From: Somniosus microcephalus
Taxonomy: Eukaryota
Direction of reading: 5' to 3'
Assembly: GCA_052327205.1 (NCBI GenBank)
Contig: JBMRGM010000035.1
Span: 139,996,001-140,040,239, forward strand
DNA: 44,239 bases
In this document: positions 20,430 to 32,370 of the stretch, piece after piece
Position numbering within the stretch: position 1 is the first letter of the stretch
Layout: each line of letters begins with the position of its first letter
Notes under the pieces: model-generated
Database searches by the model: none
Told to the model about the DNA's origin: nothing
The model's input: the letters and a program-made list of their open reading frames with translations, nothing else
Translations under genes and position numbers: made by a program

Positions 20430-22370
20430 CGCTGTCCATCTGGGGAAGGTGGTTAGACTCTCTCTTGTTGGAGATGGTAATTGCCTGGCACTCAGAGTTT
20501 TCCCCCCCATGACCATCATTGACTTCAGTTTTACTAGGGCTCCTTGATACCACACTCAGTCAAATACTGCCTTGATGTCAAGGGCAGTCATTCTCACCTC
20601 ACCTCTGGAATTCAGCTCTTTTGTCCATGTTTGGACCAAGGCTGTAATGAGGTCGGGAGCCAACTGGTCTTGGCGGAACCCAAACTGAGCATTGGTGAGC
20701 AGGCTGTTGGTGAGTAAGTGCCGCTTGATAGCACTGTCGATGGCACCTTCCATCACTTTGCTGATGATTGAGTAGACTGACGGAGCGGTAATTGGCCGGA
20801 TTGGATTTGTCCTGCTTTTTGTGGACAGGACATACCTGGGCAGTTTTCCACATTGTCGGATAGATGCCAGATGTTGTAGCTGTACTGGAACAGCTTGGCT
20901 AGAGACGCAGCTAGTTCTGGAGCACAAGTCTTCAGCACGATAGCCAGGATGTTGTCAGGGCCCATAGCCTTTGCAGTATCCAGTGTGCTCAGCCATTCCT
21001 TGATATCTGACACTTGTGATGGTGGGGACCTCAGGAGGAGGCCAATATGGATCATCCACTCGGCACTTCTGGCTGAAGATGGTTGCAAACATAGAAACAT
21101 AGAAGATACGAGCAGGGGTAGGCCATTCGGCCCTTTGAGCCTGCTCCACCATTCAATGAGATCATGGCTGATCATCCAAATTCAGTACCCTGTCCCTGCC
21201 TTCTCCCCATATCCCTTGATCCCTTTAGCCTTAAGAAATATATCCAACTCTTTCTTGAATATATTTAATGAACTGGCCTCCACCGCCCTCTGTGGCAGAG
21301 AATTCCACAGGTTCACCACTCTCTGGGTGAAGAAATTCCTCCTCATTTCAGTCCTAAATGGCTTACCCCTTATCCTTAGACTATGACCCCTGGTTCTGGA
21401 CTCCCCGGCCATCAGAAACATCCTTCCTGCATCTAGTCTGTCCAGGCCTGACAGAATTTTATAGGTTTCGATGAGATCCCCTCTCAATCTTCTAAACTCC
21501 AGTGAGTATAAGCCCAATCGACACGCTTCAGCCTTGTCTTTTGCACTCACGTGCTGGGCTCCACTATCGTTGAGGATGAGGATATTCATGGAGCCTCCTC
21601 CTCCCGTTAGTTGTTTAATGGTCCACCACCATTCATGACTGGATGTGGCAAGACTGCAGAGCTTTGATCTGATTCGTTGATTATGGGATCGCTTAGCCCT
21701 GTCCATAGCATGCTGCTTCTGCTTTTTAGCATGCATGTAGTCCTGTGTTGCAGCTTCCCCAGATTGGCACCTCATTTTTAGGTATGCCTGGTGCTGCTCC
21801 TGGCATGCTCTTCTACACTCCTTATTGAACCAGGGTTGGTCCCCTGGCTTGATCATAATGGTAGAGTGAGGGATATGCTGGGCCATGAGGTTAGATTGTG
21901 ATGGAATACAATTCTGCTGCTGCTGAAGGCCCACAGCGCCTCATGGATGTCCAGTTTTGAGCTGTGAGATCTGTTCTGAATCTATCCCATTGAGCATGGT
22001 GGTAGTGCCACACAACATGATGGAGGGTGTCCTCAATGTGAAGATGAGATTTCATCCCCACAATGACTGTATGGTGGTCACTGCTACCAGTACTGTCATG
22101 GACAGATACCTCTGCGACAGGTTGATTGGTGAGGACGAGGTCAAGTAGGTTTTTCCCTCATGTTGGTTCTCTCACCACCTGCCGCAGGCCCAGTCTGGCA
22201 GTTATATCCTTCAGGACTTGGCCGGCTCAGTCAGTAGTGGTGCTACTGAGCCACTCTTGGTGATGGACATCAAAGTCCCCCACCCAGAGTACATTCTGTG
22301 CCTTTGCTACCCTCAGTGCTTCTTTCAAGTGGTGTTCAACATGGAGGAGCACTGATTCATCAGTTGAGAA
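20430..22370 (-). mobile_element. Decayed internal fragment of a second LINE family (CR1/L2 group), interrupted by a CR1 at about 21088-21521
   Basis: KPGDQPWFNKEC, KAMGPDNI, VCPVHKKQDKSNPANYR, QFGFR, ALDIKAVFD, with frameshifts. Confidence 0.85.
21088..21521 (-). mobile_element. 5'-truncated CR1 LINE
   Basis: [21 protein letters not shown]...GYGEKAG and a (TTTCTATG)n tail. Confidence 0.9.
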
Positions 22371-22496
22371 ATATATGAAAATATGATAACCTCACCCGGA
22401 AACTTAGAGATTGCCATTAATGTATTTATGTAAGTATGTTTTGAGAACAAACTCGTTAAGGGCGGATATAACACAAGATTAAACACCACTTAAATC

Positions 22497-23390
22497 TAAC
22501 TGCTGATGATTGAGAGTAGACTGATGGGGCGGTAATTGGCCGGATTGGATTTGTCCTGCTTTTTGTGGACAGGACATCCCTGGGCAGTTTTCCACATTGT
22601 CAGATAGATGTCAGTGTTGTAGCTGTACTGGAACAGCTTGGCTAGAGGCGCAGCTAGTTCTGGAGCACGTCTTAAGCATGACAGCCGGGATGTCATCGGG
22701 GCCCATAGCCTTTGCTGGATCCAGTGCGCTCAGCTGTTTCTTGATATCACATTGGCTGGAGACTGGCTTCTGTAATGGTGGGGACCTCAGGAGGAGGCCG
22801 ATGTGGATCATCCACTTTGTACTTCTGGCTGAAGATGGTTGCAAATGCTTCAGTCTTGTCTTTTGCACTCACGTGCTGGGCTCCACCATCATTGAGGATG
22901 GGGATGTTCTTGGAGCCTCCTCCTCCTCCCGTTAGTTGTTTAATGGTCCACCACCATTCACGACTGGATGTGGCAGAATTGCAGAGCTTTGATCTGATCC
23001 ATTGATTGTGGGATCTCTTAACCCTGTCTATAGCATGCTGCGTCCGCTTTTTAGCATGCATATAGTTCTGTGTTGTAGCTTCCCCAGGTTGGCATCTCAT
23101 TTTTAGGTATGCCTGGTGCTGCTCCTGGCATGCTCTTCTACACTCCTTACTGAACCAGGATTGGTCCCCTGGCTTGATGGTAATGGTAGAGTGAGGGATA
23201 TGCCGGGCCATGAGGTTACAGATTGTGGTGGAATACATTTCTGCTGCTGTTGATGGCCCACAGCGCCTCATGGATACCCAGTTTTAAGCTGCTAGATCTG
23301 TTCTGAATCTATCCCATTGAGCACGGTGTTAGTGCCACACAACACGATGGAGGGTGTCCTCAGTGTGAAGACAGGACTTCATCTCCACAA
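22497..23390 (-). mobile_element. Second copy of the same LINE region as 20760-22070
   Basis: KPGDQSWFSKEC...NPANYRPISLLSIIS, colinear with the neighbouring copy but without the CR1 insertion. Confidence 0.85.
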
Positions 23391-23684
23391 TGAAAGTAAT
23401 TAAGTGAGGTGTTTGTTTAATGGGAGGTGTAACATCTGATGGACTGTTCTAATGTGGGAAGAAGGTTAATCTGATCCTAGGAAGGAGCCAACTTAAATCT
23501 GACCAACAGGTGTCCCCTGGACGAGCTATGCAAGTGTAAGAGATCCCTGGGACGAGATAAAATACATAACTTTAGTAACCCGGTTATCCCCGCAGGAGGA
23601 GATCCATATAGTGTTTCTGGGTAGAGGAGGTTGAATGACAGTTCGATGCCCATGTAGAGATATATCTTGGGCCATGTGCACATT

Positions 23685-24280
23685 CATACACACAAACACG
23701 CATATACACAGACAGACAGACACACACCCATACCTACACATCCTCACCCACACCCCCAAACACACATCCTCACCCACACACACGCCCACCCAAACACACA
23801 TCCTCACCCACACACCCCACACACACCAACACACATCCTCACCCAAACACACATCCTCACCCACACACATGCCCACCCAAACACACATCCTCACCCACAC
23901 ACCCCACACACACCAACACACATCCTCACCCACACACACACCCACCCAAACACACATCCTCACCCACACACACCAACACACATCCTCACCCACACACACA
24001 CCCACCCAAATACACATCCTCACCCACACACACACACACCCACCCAAATACACATCCTCACCCACACACACACCCACCCAAACTCACACATCCTCACCCA
24101 CACACACACACACCCAAACACACATCCTCACCCACACACACGCCCACCCAAACACACATCCTCACCCACACACACACCCACCCAAACACACATCCTCACC
24201 CACACACCCCACACACACCAACACACATCCTCACCCACACACACACCCACCCAAACACACACAGCCTCACTCACACACTC
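23685..24280. repeat. Compound CA-rich minisatellite (CACACATCCTCACCCACAC-type units)
   Basis: Recurrent ACACATCCTCACCC separated by variable (CA)n and CCCAAA spacers. Confidence 0.9.
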
Positions 24281-24889
24281 ACTATCACCTGTTTTACACC
24301 ATCGATCAAAGTCGAGCTCCACCCCAAAGAGTGATCAAGGCGGGGAACTCATGGCACCATCTCCCCAATTTTCGGACAATCAGCAGCCTTTGTTAAAAAA
24401 CTAAACGGAAGCCGCAAACCTCGACTGATCCGGTGCTTCCTCTCGCTCACACTTTGAGCCTTAGTCCTTCATTCAGCTCATCCGAGTGTAATGAAGGAGA
24501 GAATGGAATGTTGCTCCACTGAGCAGAGACACAGCTAGCAGGACATGGACAGTGACACACAGGGAGGGAAGGAAGTCCTTGAGTTCTGAGCGTGGGCATC
24601 CGCAGGAATCCTTCGACCGGGAAGTGCAGGACCAGACGGTGCATCACCTGCTGACACCGGCCGTGCCCCTCTAGGACTTTTTTATATCATTCGGGTCGAG
24701 AAACAAAAACGCAGTGGATGATGGCAATCTGAAACAAAGGCGGTAGGTGGGGGACGGGCGGAGGAGGACTTGCGCCTAACCCGTCCATCGGGGAAACTGA
24801 CGGGACCGGGTGCGACGCTGGTTTCACACCCCGCTCTGATTTTACTCTCCAGTTGAAGTCAGTATCGGGTGGGAGTGTACTCTTCTGGT

Positions 24890-25420
24890 GAAGCTGTAAA
24901 CAAACAAACTGTAACTTAAAACATTAAAGGAAACTTAATAAATTTAATTTAAATTCCGTTGCCAGTGGTGATGATGCACTCCAGTCCCTGCGGTGCCCAA
25001 CTGGTCGCAGAAGAACATAAGACGTATGAGCAGGAGGAGGTCATTTGGCCCCTCGAGCCTGCTCCACCATTCAATGAGATCATGGCTGATCTGATCTTGG
25101 TCTCAACTCCACTTCCCTGCCCGCTCCCCATAACCCTTGACTCCCTTATCATTTAAATATCTGTCTATCTCCGTCTTGAATATACTCAATAACCCAGCCT
25201 CCACAGCTCTCTGGGGCAGAGAATTCCAAAGATTCACGAGCCTCTGAGTGAAGAAATTCCTCCTCATCTCCGATTTAAAAGGGTGCCCTCCTTATTCTGA
25301 AATTATGCCCCTTAGGAAGGCCTCGAACGTGCCGGCGGACACCGCGTGCTCCATCTCCAGGGCCACCCGGGCGTGAACGTGGCCGTGGAACAGAGGCAGG
25401 CAATCGGGCCGAGCGACCCC
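24890..25420 (-). mobile_element. Tx1/L1-like LINE 3' end, split by a CR1 fragment (about 25012-25312, minus)
   Basis: Hand translation gives PDCLPLFHGHVHARVALEMEHAVSAGTFEAF [CR1 insert] WAPQGLECIITTGNGI*, then a T-rich 3' UTR. The Tx1 assignment is from recalled C-terminal motifs. Confidence 0.6.
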
Positions 25421-25719
25421 CCCCCCCCCCGGTAAAGTCGGCGTTCCACCGGATCCCGTGGAATTACCGCCCGGCGAATGAGGTTAACATTGACCCCCGA
25501 ATTCTGCAGGCCGGGCAACAGAAGCGTTAACATTTTGGCTTGGTTTTTGAAGAAAGGGACCGCACCCGAACCGTTAACCTGTCCGTCCTGGCCGGCTGAC
25601 TGACCGGCCGTGTGTTTCCAGCATTGCTTTTTTTTTTGATTTGTATAACATTCTTGTGCGGTTTGGAGCAGGAGGCTTCATGTACAGGCCGGGGGACTGA
25701 CTTGAGTCGGCGAGTGAAA

Positions 25720-26150
25720 AGAAAGGCTTGCATTTATATCGTGCCTTTCACAGATGCAGGGTATCCCGCAGCACTCTTGAAGCGTAGTCACTGTTGTAAT
25801 GTAGGGAAGCGCGGCAGTCAGTTTGAGCGCAGCAACAGCAATGTGATGATGACATTGATAATCTGTTTATTAGCTGTTGGTTGAGGGATAAATGTTTGTC
25901 AGGAGAACTCCCCAGCTCATTTTCACAGTAGTGCCGGGGGATCTTTTACGTCCACCATGAGGGGGCAGACAGGGCCTCGGTTTAAAAACCTCATCTGAAA
26001 GACGGCACCTCCGACAGTGCAGCACTCCCTTGGTACTGCTACTGGGAGTGTCGGCCTGGATTTTGTGCTCGAGTCCCTGGAAGTGGGACCTGAACCCACG
26101 ACCTTCTGACTCGGAGGCGAGAGAGCTGCCCACTGAGCCACGGTCGACAC
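25720..26150 (-). mobile_element. Deu-domain SINE
   Basis: Reverse complement of the SINE at 36551. Confidence 0.8.
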
Positions 26151-26624
26151 GGTCAACCTCTGAAGGATTCTTGCCGTACCTCTGTGAGCTATACAGGGGC
26201 CTGTCAGATCCTGTACATCAATTTATTAAGCAAGTTTAGAGACGACAGATTAATTGCCGTGACTGCTGATAAACAGCCTCACACTGATTGACTGGGGTGG
26301 GGGTGGGGGTGGATGTGCGTGAATACAACCGGCATCATTTCCTGCCTTGTCCCGGCAGTAAACTGGACTTTTCTGGGAAAAAAATGTTCACCTCAATCCT
26401 GACGTTGGTGAGTGGATGAGGCACAGTCCTCTTAATAAGATTAACGGTCTGTATGTTAGACTAACATAGGTCAGAGGGACAGAGCCACTGTTTATTCCTT
26501 CTGGGTTCATATACTTAGTCCACGAGCAGCGCCCGATTGTTTTGTTATCCTCAAGGCTACTGGTCGCCACGATAGTGCGGAATACGATCTCGCGGAATAC
26601 GATCTCCTGCTGTAAACAAATCGG

Positions 26625-26850
26625 GCCTGCCTAGGTTCTGGAATTCCCTCCCCTAAACCTCTCCGCCTCTCTCTCTCTCCCCCTTTAAGACGCTCCTTAA
26701 AACCTACCTCTCTGACCAAGCTTTTGGTCACTTGTCCCTAATATCTCCTTGTGTGTGGCTCGGTGTCAATTTTTGTTTGATAGTCGCTCCTGTGAAGCGC
26801 CTTGGGACGTTTTACGAGATTAAAGGCACTATATGAAGTAGTTGTTGTAC
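26625..26850 (+). mobile_element. L2-like LINE 3' end
   Basis: CTGGAATTCCCTCCCTAAACCTCTCCG...CTTAAAACCTACCTCT...GTGAAGCGCCTTGGGACGTTTTA and a short (GTT)n tail. Confidence 0.65.
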
Positions 26851-27083
26851 ATTACAGCAGTGACTGCAGTTCGGAAGTACTTGTAAAGCTAGAACAATGA
26901 AAACCTTTCTTTTTTCTTTCTATCTTTCTCCCTTTCATTTTCTCTCTTTTTTTCTTCCTTTCGTTTTTTCTTTTTCTTTTTCTTTCTTTCTTCCTGAGCA
27001 CCTGCCATTGAGCAGACAGCTCGTCATTGACGCCAAAAGGCTGCTCAACCAGTTCTGTCTCAACCCAAGTGACACCTCTATTT

Positions 27084-27220
27084 CTCTGACGAAGGGTCAT
27101 CGACCTGAAACGTTAACTCTGTTTCTCTCTCTCTTCACAGATGCTGCTTGACCTGCTGAGTATTTCAGCATTTTCTGTTTTTATTTCAGATTGCCAGCAT
27201 CTGCAGTATTTTCTTTTTGT
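27084..27220 (+). mobile_element. Short interspersed repeat (Penelope-associated/retrozyme-like) with a minimal hammerhead-like core
   Basis: CTGACGA (27086-27092), hairpin GGGTC-ATC-GACCT, GAAA, palindrome AACGTT. Degenerate relative at about 25545-25640. Confidence 0.5.
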
Positions 27221-27724
27221 GATACCTCTCTCTCTCTCTCTCTCGAGGCAAGGTCGTGTAGCTCTACCCATCCCTGCACTTGGCTTTGTTGCACTGAACA
27301 CAATGTTCTCTCAAGTGTGTCTGTCCTCTTTTGCGCAATGTGTAACACCCAGGATTTTGAAACTGCAGCAACTTCCTGCCACTGCCGGTTTGGTTCACTT
27401 AAAAGCCTGTGGCTTCCTCCCGAGGGGGGAGTTTTTACACCCCGCCCGTCCCCAATTTTACATTGCTGGCGCCAAGGACACACGCCCAAAGCTGGCCAGG
27501 TCCTTGCCTAATTGTGCTGAGCCGGTCACGGTAACATCATCGAGACCTGCCTGCACTATTAACCCCAGGCTTTGTCGCCAAACCTGAAGGGAACTCAAGA
27601 GCCGGGGACAGAAACGACCCAGCGAGGTAGGTTTGTTTTAGAAGTTTCGTAGCTTCCTCGTGGGACAGCAGGAACAAGAGAGCTCCCCCAAGCCCCGCAA
27701 GGAGACCTTTGGTCTCCTGTGCCC

Positions 27725-27912
27725 CGACCTCCCTCCCCTCCCCCTCCCTCTTCCCCTCTACCTCCCTCCCTCCACCTCCCTCCACCTCCCCCCCTCTCCC
27801 CACCACCTCCCTCCCTCCCCTCCACCTCCCTCCCCTCCCCACCTCTCTCCCCTCCACCTCCCTCCCCTCCCCTCCCCACCTCTCCACCTCACCCCCCCCC
27901 CCCCCTCCTCCA
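27725..27912. repeat. Polypyrimidine (C/T) low-complexity tract
   Basis: Runs of CCCT/CCT; G-runs on the minus strand. Confidence 0.85.
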
Positions 27913-27919
27913 TCAACCG

Positions 27920-28225
27920 CGAGAAAAGACGTTTCTCCTGAATTCCTTATTGGATCTATTCGCAACTTTCTTATATTGATGGCTCCCGAGGTTTGGAACC
28001 CCCCCCCCCCACACACACAGTCAGAGACATCATCTCTACGTCTATCCTATTGAACCCCTTCGTAATTAAAAAAAATCAGGTCATCTCTCAGCCTTCGGTG
28101 TTCTAGAGTAAAGAGCCCCAGCCTGTTCAGTCTTTGCTGATAGCTATTATCTCTCATCTGTGTAAATCTTTTTACACCTTCTCCAGTGCCTCTATATCCT
28201 AGTTATAATATGGAGACCAGAACTG
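27920..28225 (-). mobile_element. Decayed CR1 fragment
   Basis: Reverse complement resembles 14580-14820. Confidence 0.65.
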
Positions 28226-28234
28226 TAAAAAGTA

Positions 28235-28667
28235 AAAGAAAGACTTGTATTTATATAGTGCCGGACATTCCAAAGCGCTTTACAGCCAATGAAGTTCTGG
28301 CACTGTTGTAATGTGGGAAACGCAGCAGCCAATTTGCGCGCAGCAAGCTCCCACAAACAGCAATTTGATAATGACCAGATACTGTTTTAGTGATGTTGGT
28401 CGTGGGATAGATTGGCCAGGACACCGGGGATAACTCCCCTACTCGTCTTCGAAATAATGCCATGGGATCTTTGACGTCCACCTGAGGGGACAGACGGGGA
28501 CTCGGTTTAATGTCTCATCCGAAAGACGACATCTCCGACAGTGCAGCGCTCCCTCAGTACCGCAGAGTGTCCGCCTAGATTTTGATGGTCACGTCTCTGG
28601 AGTGGGACTTGAACCCGCAACCTTCTGACTCAGGCAAGGGTGCTACCCACTGAGCCACAGCTGACAC
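28235..28667 (-). mobile_element. Deu-domain SINE, near full length
   Basis: Head, Deu core and tail (...TAAATACAAGTCTTTCTT) all present. Confidence 0.85.
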
Positions 28668-29008
28668 AAGTAATCTAGGTGTAGTCTTTATCAGACTGTG
28701 ACACACTGATTACAAACACTATGATGTAAGCACGTCATTGGACTGGGCAAAGGTCAGTGAAAGGTTATTCATTTTATACCACGGCCTGGCACACCGTACA
28801 ATCACCGGGTGTATTAATGTCCCTGAGTTCATGACTCAGGCACGGGGATAGAAAAGTCCAATTCTGCATCAGCCAGCAAAAGCTGCACAATGGAATAACC
28901 AGCTTACTCTGCAAATGGGGGGGGGGGGAAAGAGCTGATGTCTCCTCAGTCCGTTCACCGGGGCTTCCTCACAGCTGCTGCTCACTGAATCTCCAAGTCT
29001 CCTTGGTG

Positions 29009-29452
29009 GTGTCGGCCGTGGATCAGTGGGCCTCGCAATCAGAAGGTTGTCGGTCCCACTCCAGAGACTTGAGCACATAATCCAGGTCGACACGTCCAGT
29101 GCGGTGCTGAGCGAGTGCTGCACTGTCGGAGGTACCGTCTTTCAGATAAGACGTTAAACCAAGGGAGCCCCATCTGCCCCCTCTCAGGTGGCCATAAAAG
29201 ATCCTACGTCACTATTTTGAAGAAGAGCATCCGAGTTCTCCCCGGTTTCCTGGGCCAATATTTATCCTTTAAGCAACATCCCTATATCTGGTCATTATCA
29301 CATTGCTGTTTGTGGGAGCTTGCTGTGCGCAAATTGGCTGCCGCGTTTCCTACATTACAACAGCAACTACACTTCAAAAAAGTACTTCGTTGGCTGGAAA
29401 GTGCGTTGGGACATCCTGAGGTCGTGAGCAGCGCTAAAGTATAAATGCAAGT
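29009..29452 (+). mobile_element. Deu-domain SINE, near full length
   Basis: Same family; faces away from the minus copy at 28235-28667. Confidence 0.8.
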
Positions 29453-29896
29453 CATTAAGTGTCCATTTGACTGTGGGAGGCCTCGCAGCCCAGCCCAGCC
29501 CAATCCCAGTCCTTGTTCGATGCCCACCTGCCTGCATTTCCCAGTGGAGTCACTGAGTGGCGATCAGGCAGGGAATCCATGGGCTGATTGCCCCACCTTA
29601 ACATAGGAACGGGAGGAGGCCAATCAGCCCCTCGAGCCAGGTTCCGCCATTCAACGAGATTGTGGCTGATCTCCATCCACCCGCCTTTGGGCTCCATATA
29701 CTCTTAATACCCACGGCCAGCAAAAAAAAAAATCTGTCGATCTTGGATTTAAAATGATGTGACCTGATCTAAAGTCAACCAACTCCACACAGACCGAGAA
29801 TGGAACCTATTGGTCTGCCTGCCTCAGTTTTTATATTATGCAGGGAATTTACTAACTGGTGAAGCACGTGAAATGTGTCCCCCTGATGCACTGTGT

Positions 29897-30360
29897 ATAA
29901 GAACATAAGATATAGGAGCAGGAGTAGGCCCTAGGGCCCATCGAGCCTGCTCCGCCATTCAGTAAAATCATGGCTGAACTTTTACCTCGTGGTGGGAGAC
30001 TAGAACTAGAGGGCATAGTTTCAGGATAAGGGGTCGCCCATTTAAGATGGAGATGAAGAGGAATTTCTTCTCTGAGGGTCGTGAATCTTTGGAATTCTCT
30101 ACCCCAGAGAGCGGTGGAGGCGGAGTCACTGAATATTTTCAAGGCAGAGAGAGATATTTGAGCTACAGGAGAGTCGAGGGCTATGGGGAGCAGGCAGGAA
30201 AGTGGAGTTAAGCCAAAATCAGATCAGCCATGATCTTATTGAATGGCAGAGCAGGCTCGAGGGGCCGAATGGCCTACTCCTGCTCCTATTTCTTATGTTC
30301 TTATGTTTTAACTCCACTTTTCCACACTATGCCCATGTCCCTTGATTCCCCTAGTGCCCT
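29897..30360. mobile_element. Minus-strand CR1 3' end interrupted by a plus-strand CR1 3' fragment (about 29990-30305)
   Basis: TAAGAACATAAG...CATGGCTGA (minus), then a plus fragment ending TTCTTATGTTCTTATG, then the minus copy resumes (AACTCCACTTT...CCCTTGATTCCC). Confidence 0.8.
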
Positions 30361-30712
30361 AAAACACAATTCTCTTGTGTCTGTAAAACCATGAGAGAAA
30401 AGTCCCCACCAGGGTTCTGGGCTGACCACACCCCTTTAAGATTTGTTAAACATCTACAGGGAGTATTTCAACGTCATTTTCGATGGGAATTTTAAAGCTT
30501 TCTTTTCACGGGCTCGCTCAGATAACCACTGAATGTTTCAATCCTCTCAGTTGAATTTTGATGCCCAGAGTCAACAGTATCAGGAAGCAGAATGTGACGA
30601 TAAAGCCAAACCCTGACAAGTTACTCCAGTTAATTCCCTGAAAATGTTGGGTTAACTCATAGCCAGTTGGTAGCAAAGACATTTAACCCATCAGTTTGAC
30701 CCAAGATTGATA

Positions 30713-32370
30713 CCCAGTCCCAGAGTGGGAAAGGACAGTGTCTGACCCACTGCACCACCCAGTCCCAGAGGGGGAAAGGACAGTGTCTGACCCACTGCGC
30801 CACCCAGTCCCAGAGGGGGAAAGGACAGTGTCTGACCCACTGCACCACCCAGTCCCAGAGGGTGAAAGGGCAGTGTCTGACCCACTGCACCACCCAGTCC
30901 CAGAGGGGGAAAGGACAGTGTCTGACCCACTGCACCACCCAGTCCCAGAGGGGGAAAGGACAGTGTCTGACCCACTGCACCACCCAGTCCCAGAGAGGGA
31001 AAGGACAGTGTCTGATCCACTGCACCACCCAGTCCCAGAGGGGGAAAGGACAGTGTCTGACCCACTGCGCCACCCAGTCCCAGAGGGGGAAAGGACAGTG
31101 TCTGACCCACTGCGCCACCCAGTCCCAGAGGGGGAAAGGACAGTGTCTGACCCACTGCACCACCCAGTCCCAGAGGGGGAAAGGACAGTGTCTGACCCAC
31201 TGCGCCACCCAGTCCCAGAGGGGGAAAGGACAGTGTCTGACCCACTGCACCACCCAGTCCCAGAGGGGGAAAAGACAGTGTCTGACCCACCGCACTGCCC
31301 AGTCCCAGAGGGGGAAAGGTCAGTGTCTGACCCACCGCACCGCCCAGTCCCAGAGGGGGAAAGGACAGTGTCTGACCCACCGCACTGCCCAGTCCCAGAG
31401 GGGGAAAGGTCAGTGTCTGACCCACTGCACCGCCCAGTCCCAGAGGGGGAAAGGACAGTGTCTGACCCACCGCACTGCCCAGTCCCAGAAGGGGAAAGGA
31501 CAGTGTCTGACCCACCGCAGCGCCCAGTCCCAGAGGCGGAAAGGACAGTGTCCGACCCACTGCACCGCCCAGTCCCAGAGGCGGAAAGGACAGTGTCTGA
31601 CACAATGCACCGCCCAGTCCCAGAGGCGGAAAGGACAGTGTCTGACCCACCGCAGCGCCCAGTCCCAGAGGGGAAAGGACAGTGTCTGACCCAGTCCCAG
31701 AGGGGGAAAGGACAGAGTCTGACCCACTGCACCACCCTGTCCCAGAGGGGGAAAGGACAGAGTCTGACCCACCGCACCACCCAGTCCCAGAGGCGGAAAG
31801 GACAGTGTCTGACCCACTGCACCACCCAGTCCCAGAGGGGGAAAGGACAGTATCTGACCCACCGCACCGCCCAGTCCCAGAGGGGGAAAGGACAGTGTCT
31901 GACCCACCGCACCGCCCAGTCCCAGAGGGGGAAAGGACAGTGTCTGACCCACTGCACCACCCAGTCCCAGAGGGGGAAAGGACAGTGTCTGACCCACCGC
32001 ACTGCCCAGTCCCAGAGGGGGAAAGGACAGTGTCTGACCCACCGCACCGCCCAGTCCCAGAGGGGGAAAGGACAGTGTCTGAACCAGTGCACCACCCAGT
32101 CCCAGAGGGGAAAGGACAGTGTCTGACCCAGTCCCAGAGGGGGAAAGGACAGTGTCTGACCCACCGCAGCGCCCAGTCCCAGAGGGGAAAGGACAGTGTC
32201 TGACCCACCGCAGCGCCCAGTCCCAGAGGCGGAAAGGACAGAGTCTGACCCACTGCACCACCCAGTCCCAGAGGGGAAAGGACAGTGTCTGACCCACTGC
32301 ACCACCCTGTCCCAGAGGGGGAAAGGACAGAGTCTGACCCACCGCACCGCCCAGTCCCAGAGGGGGAAAG
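30713..32370 (-). repeat. 45-bp minisatellite, array 1 (roughly 37 units)
   Basis: Unit CCCAGTCCCAGAGGGGGAAAGGACAGTGTCTGACCCACTGCACCA; gives 15-aa periodic ORFs. Confidence 0.97.

Noticed and set aside
23526-24404. His/Thr/Pro-rich and Val/Cys-rich ORFs
   Set aside because: Translations of a CA-rich minisatellite.
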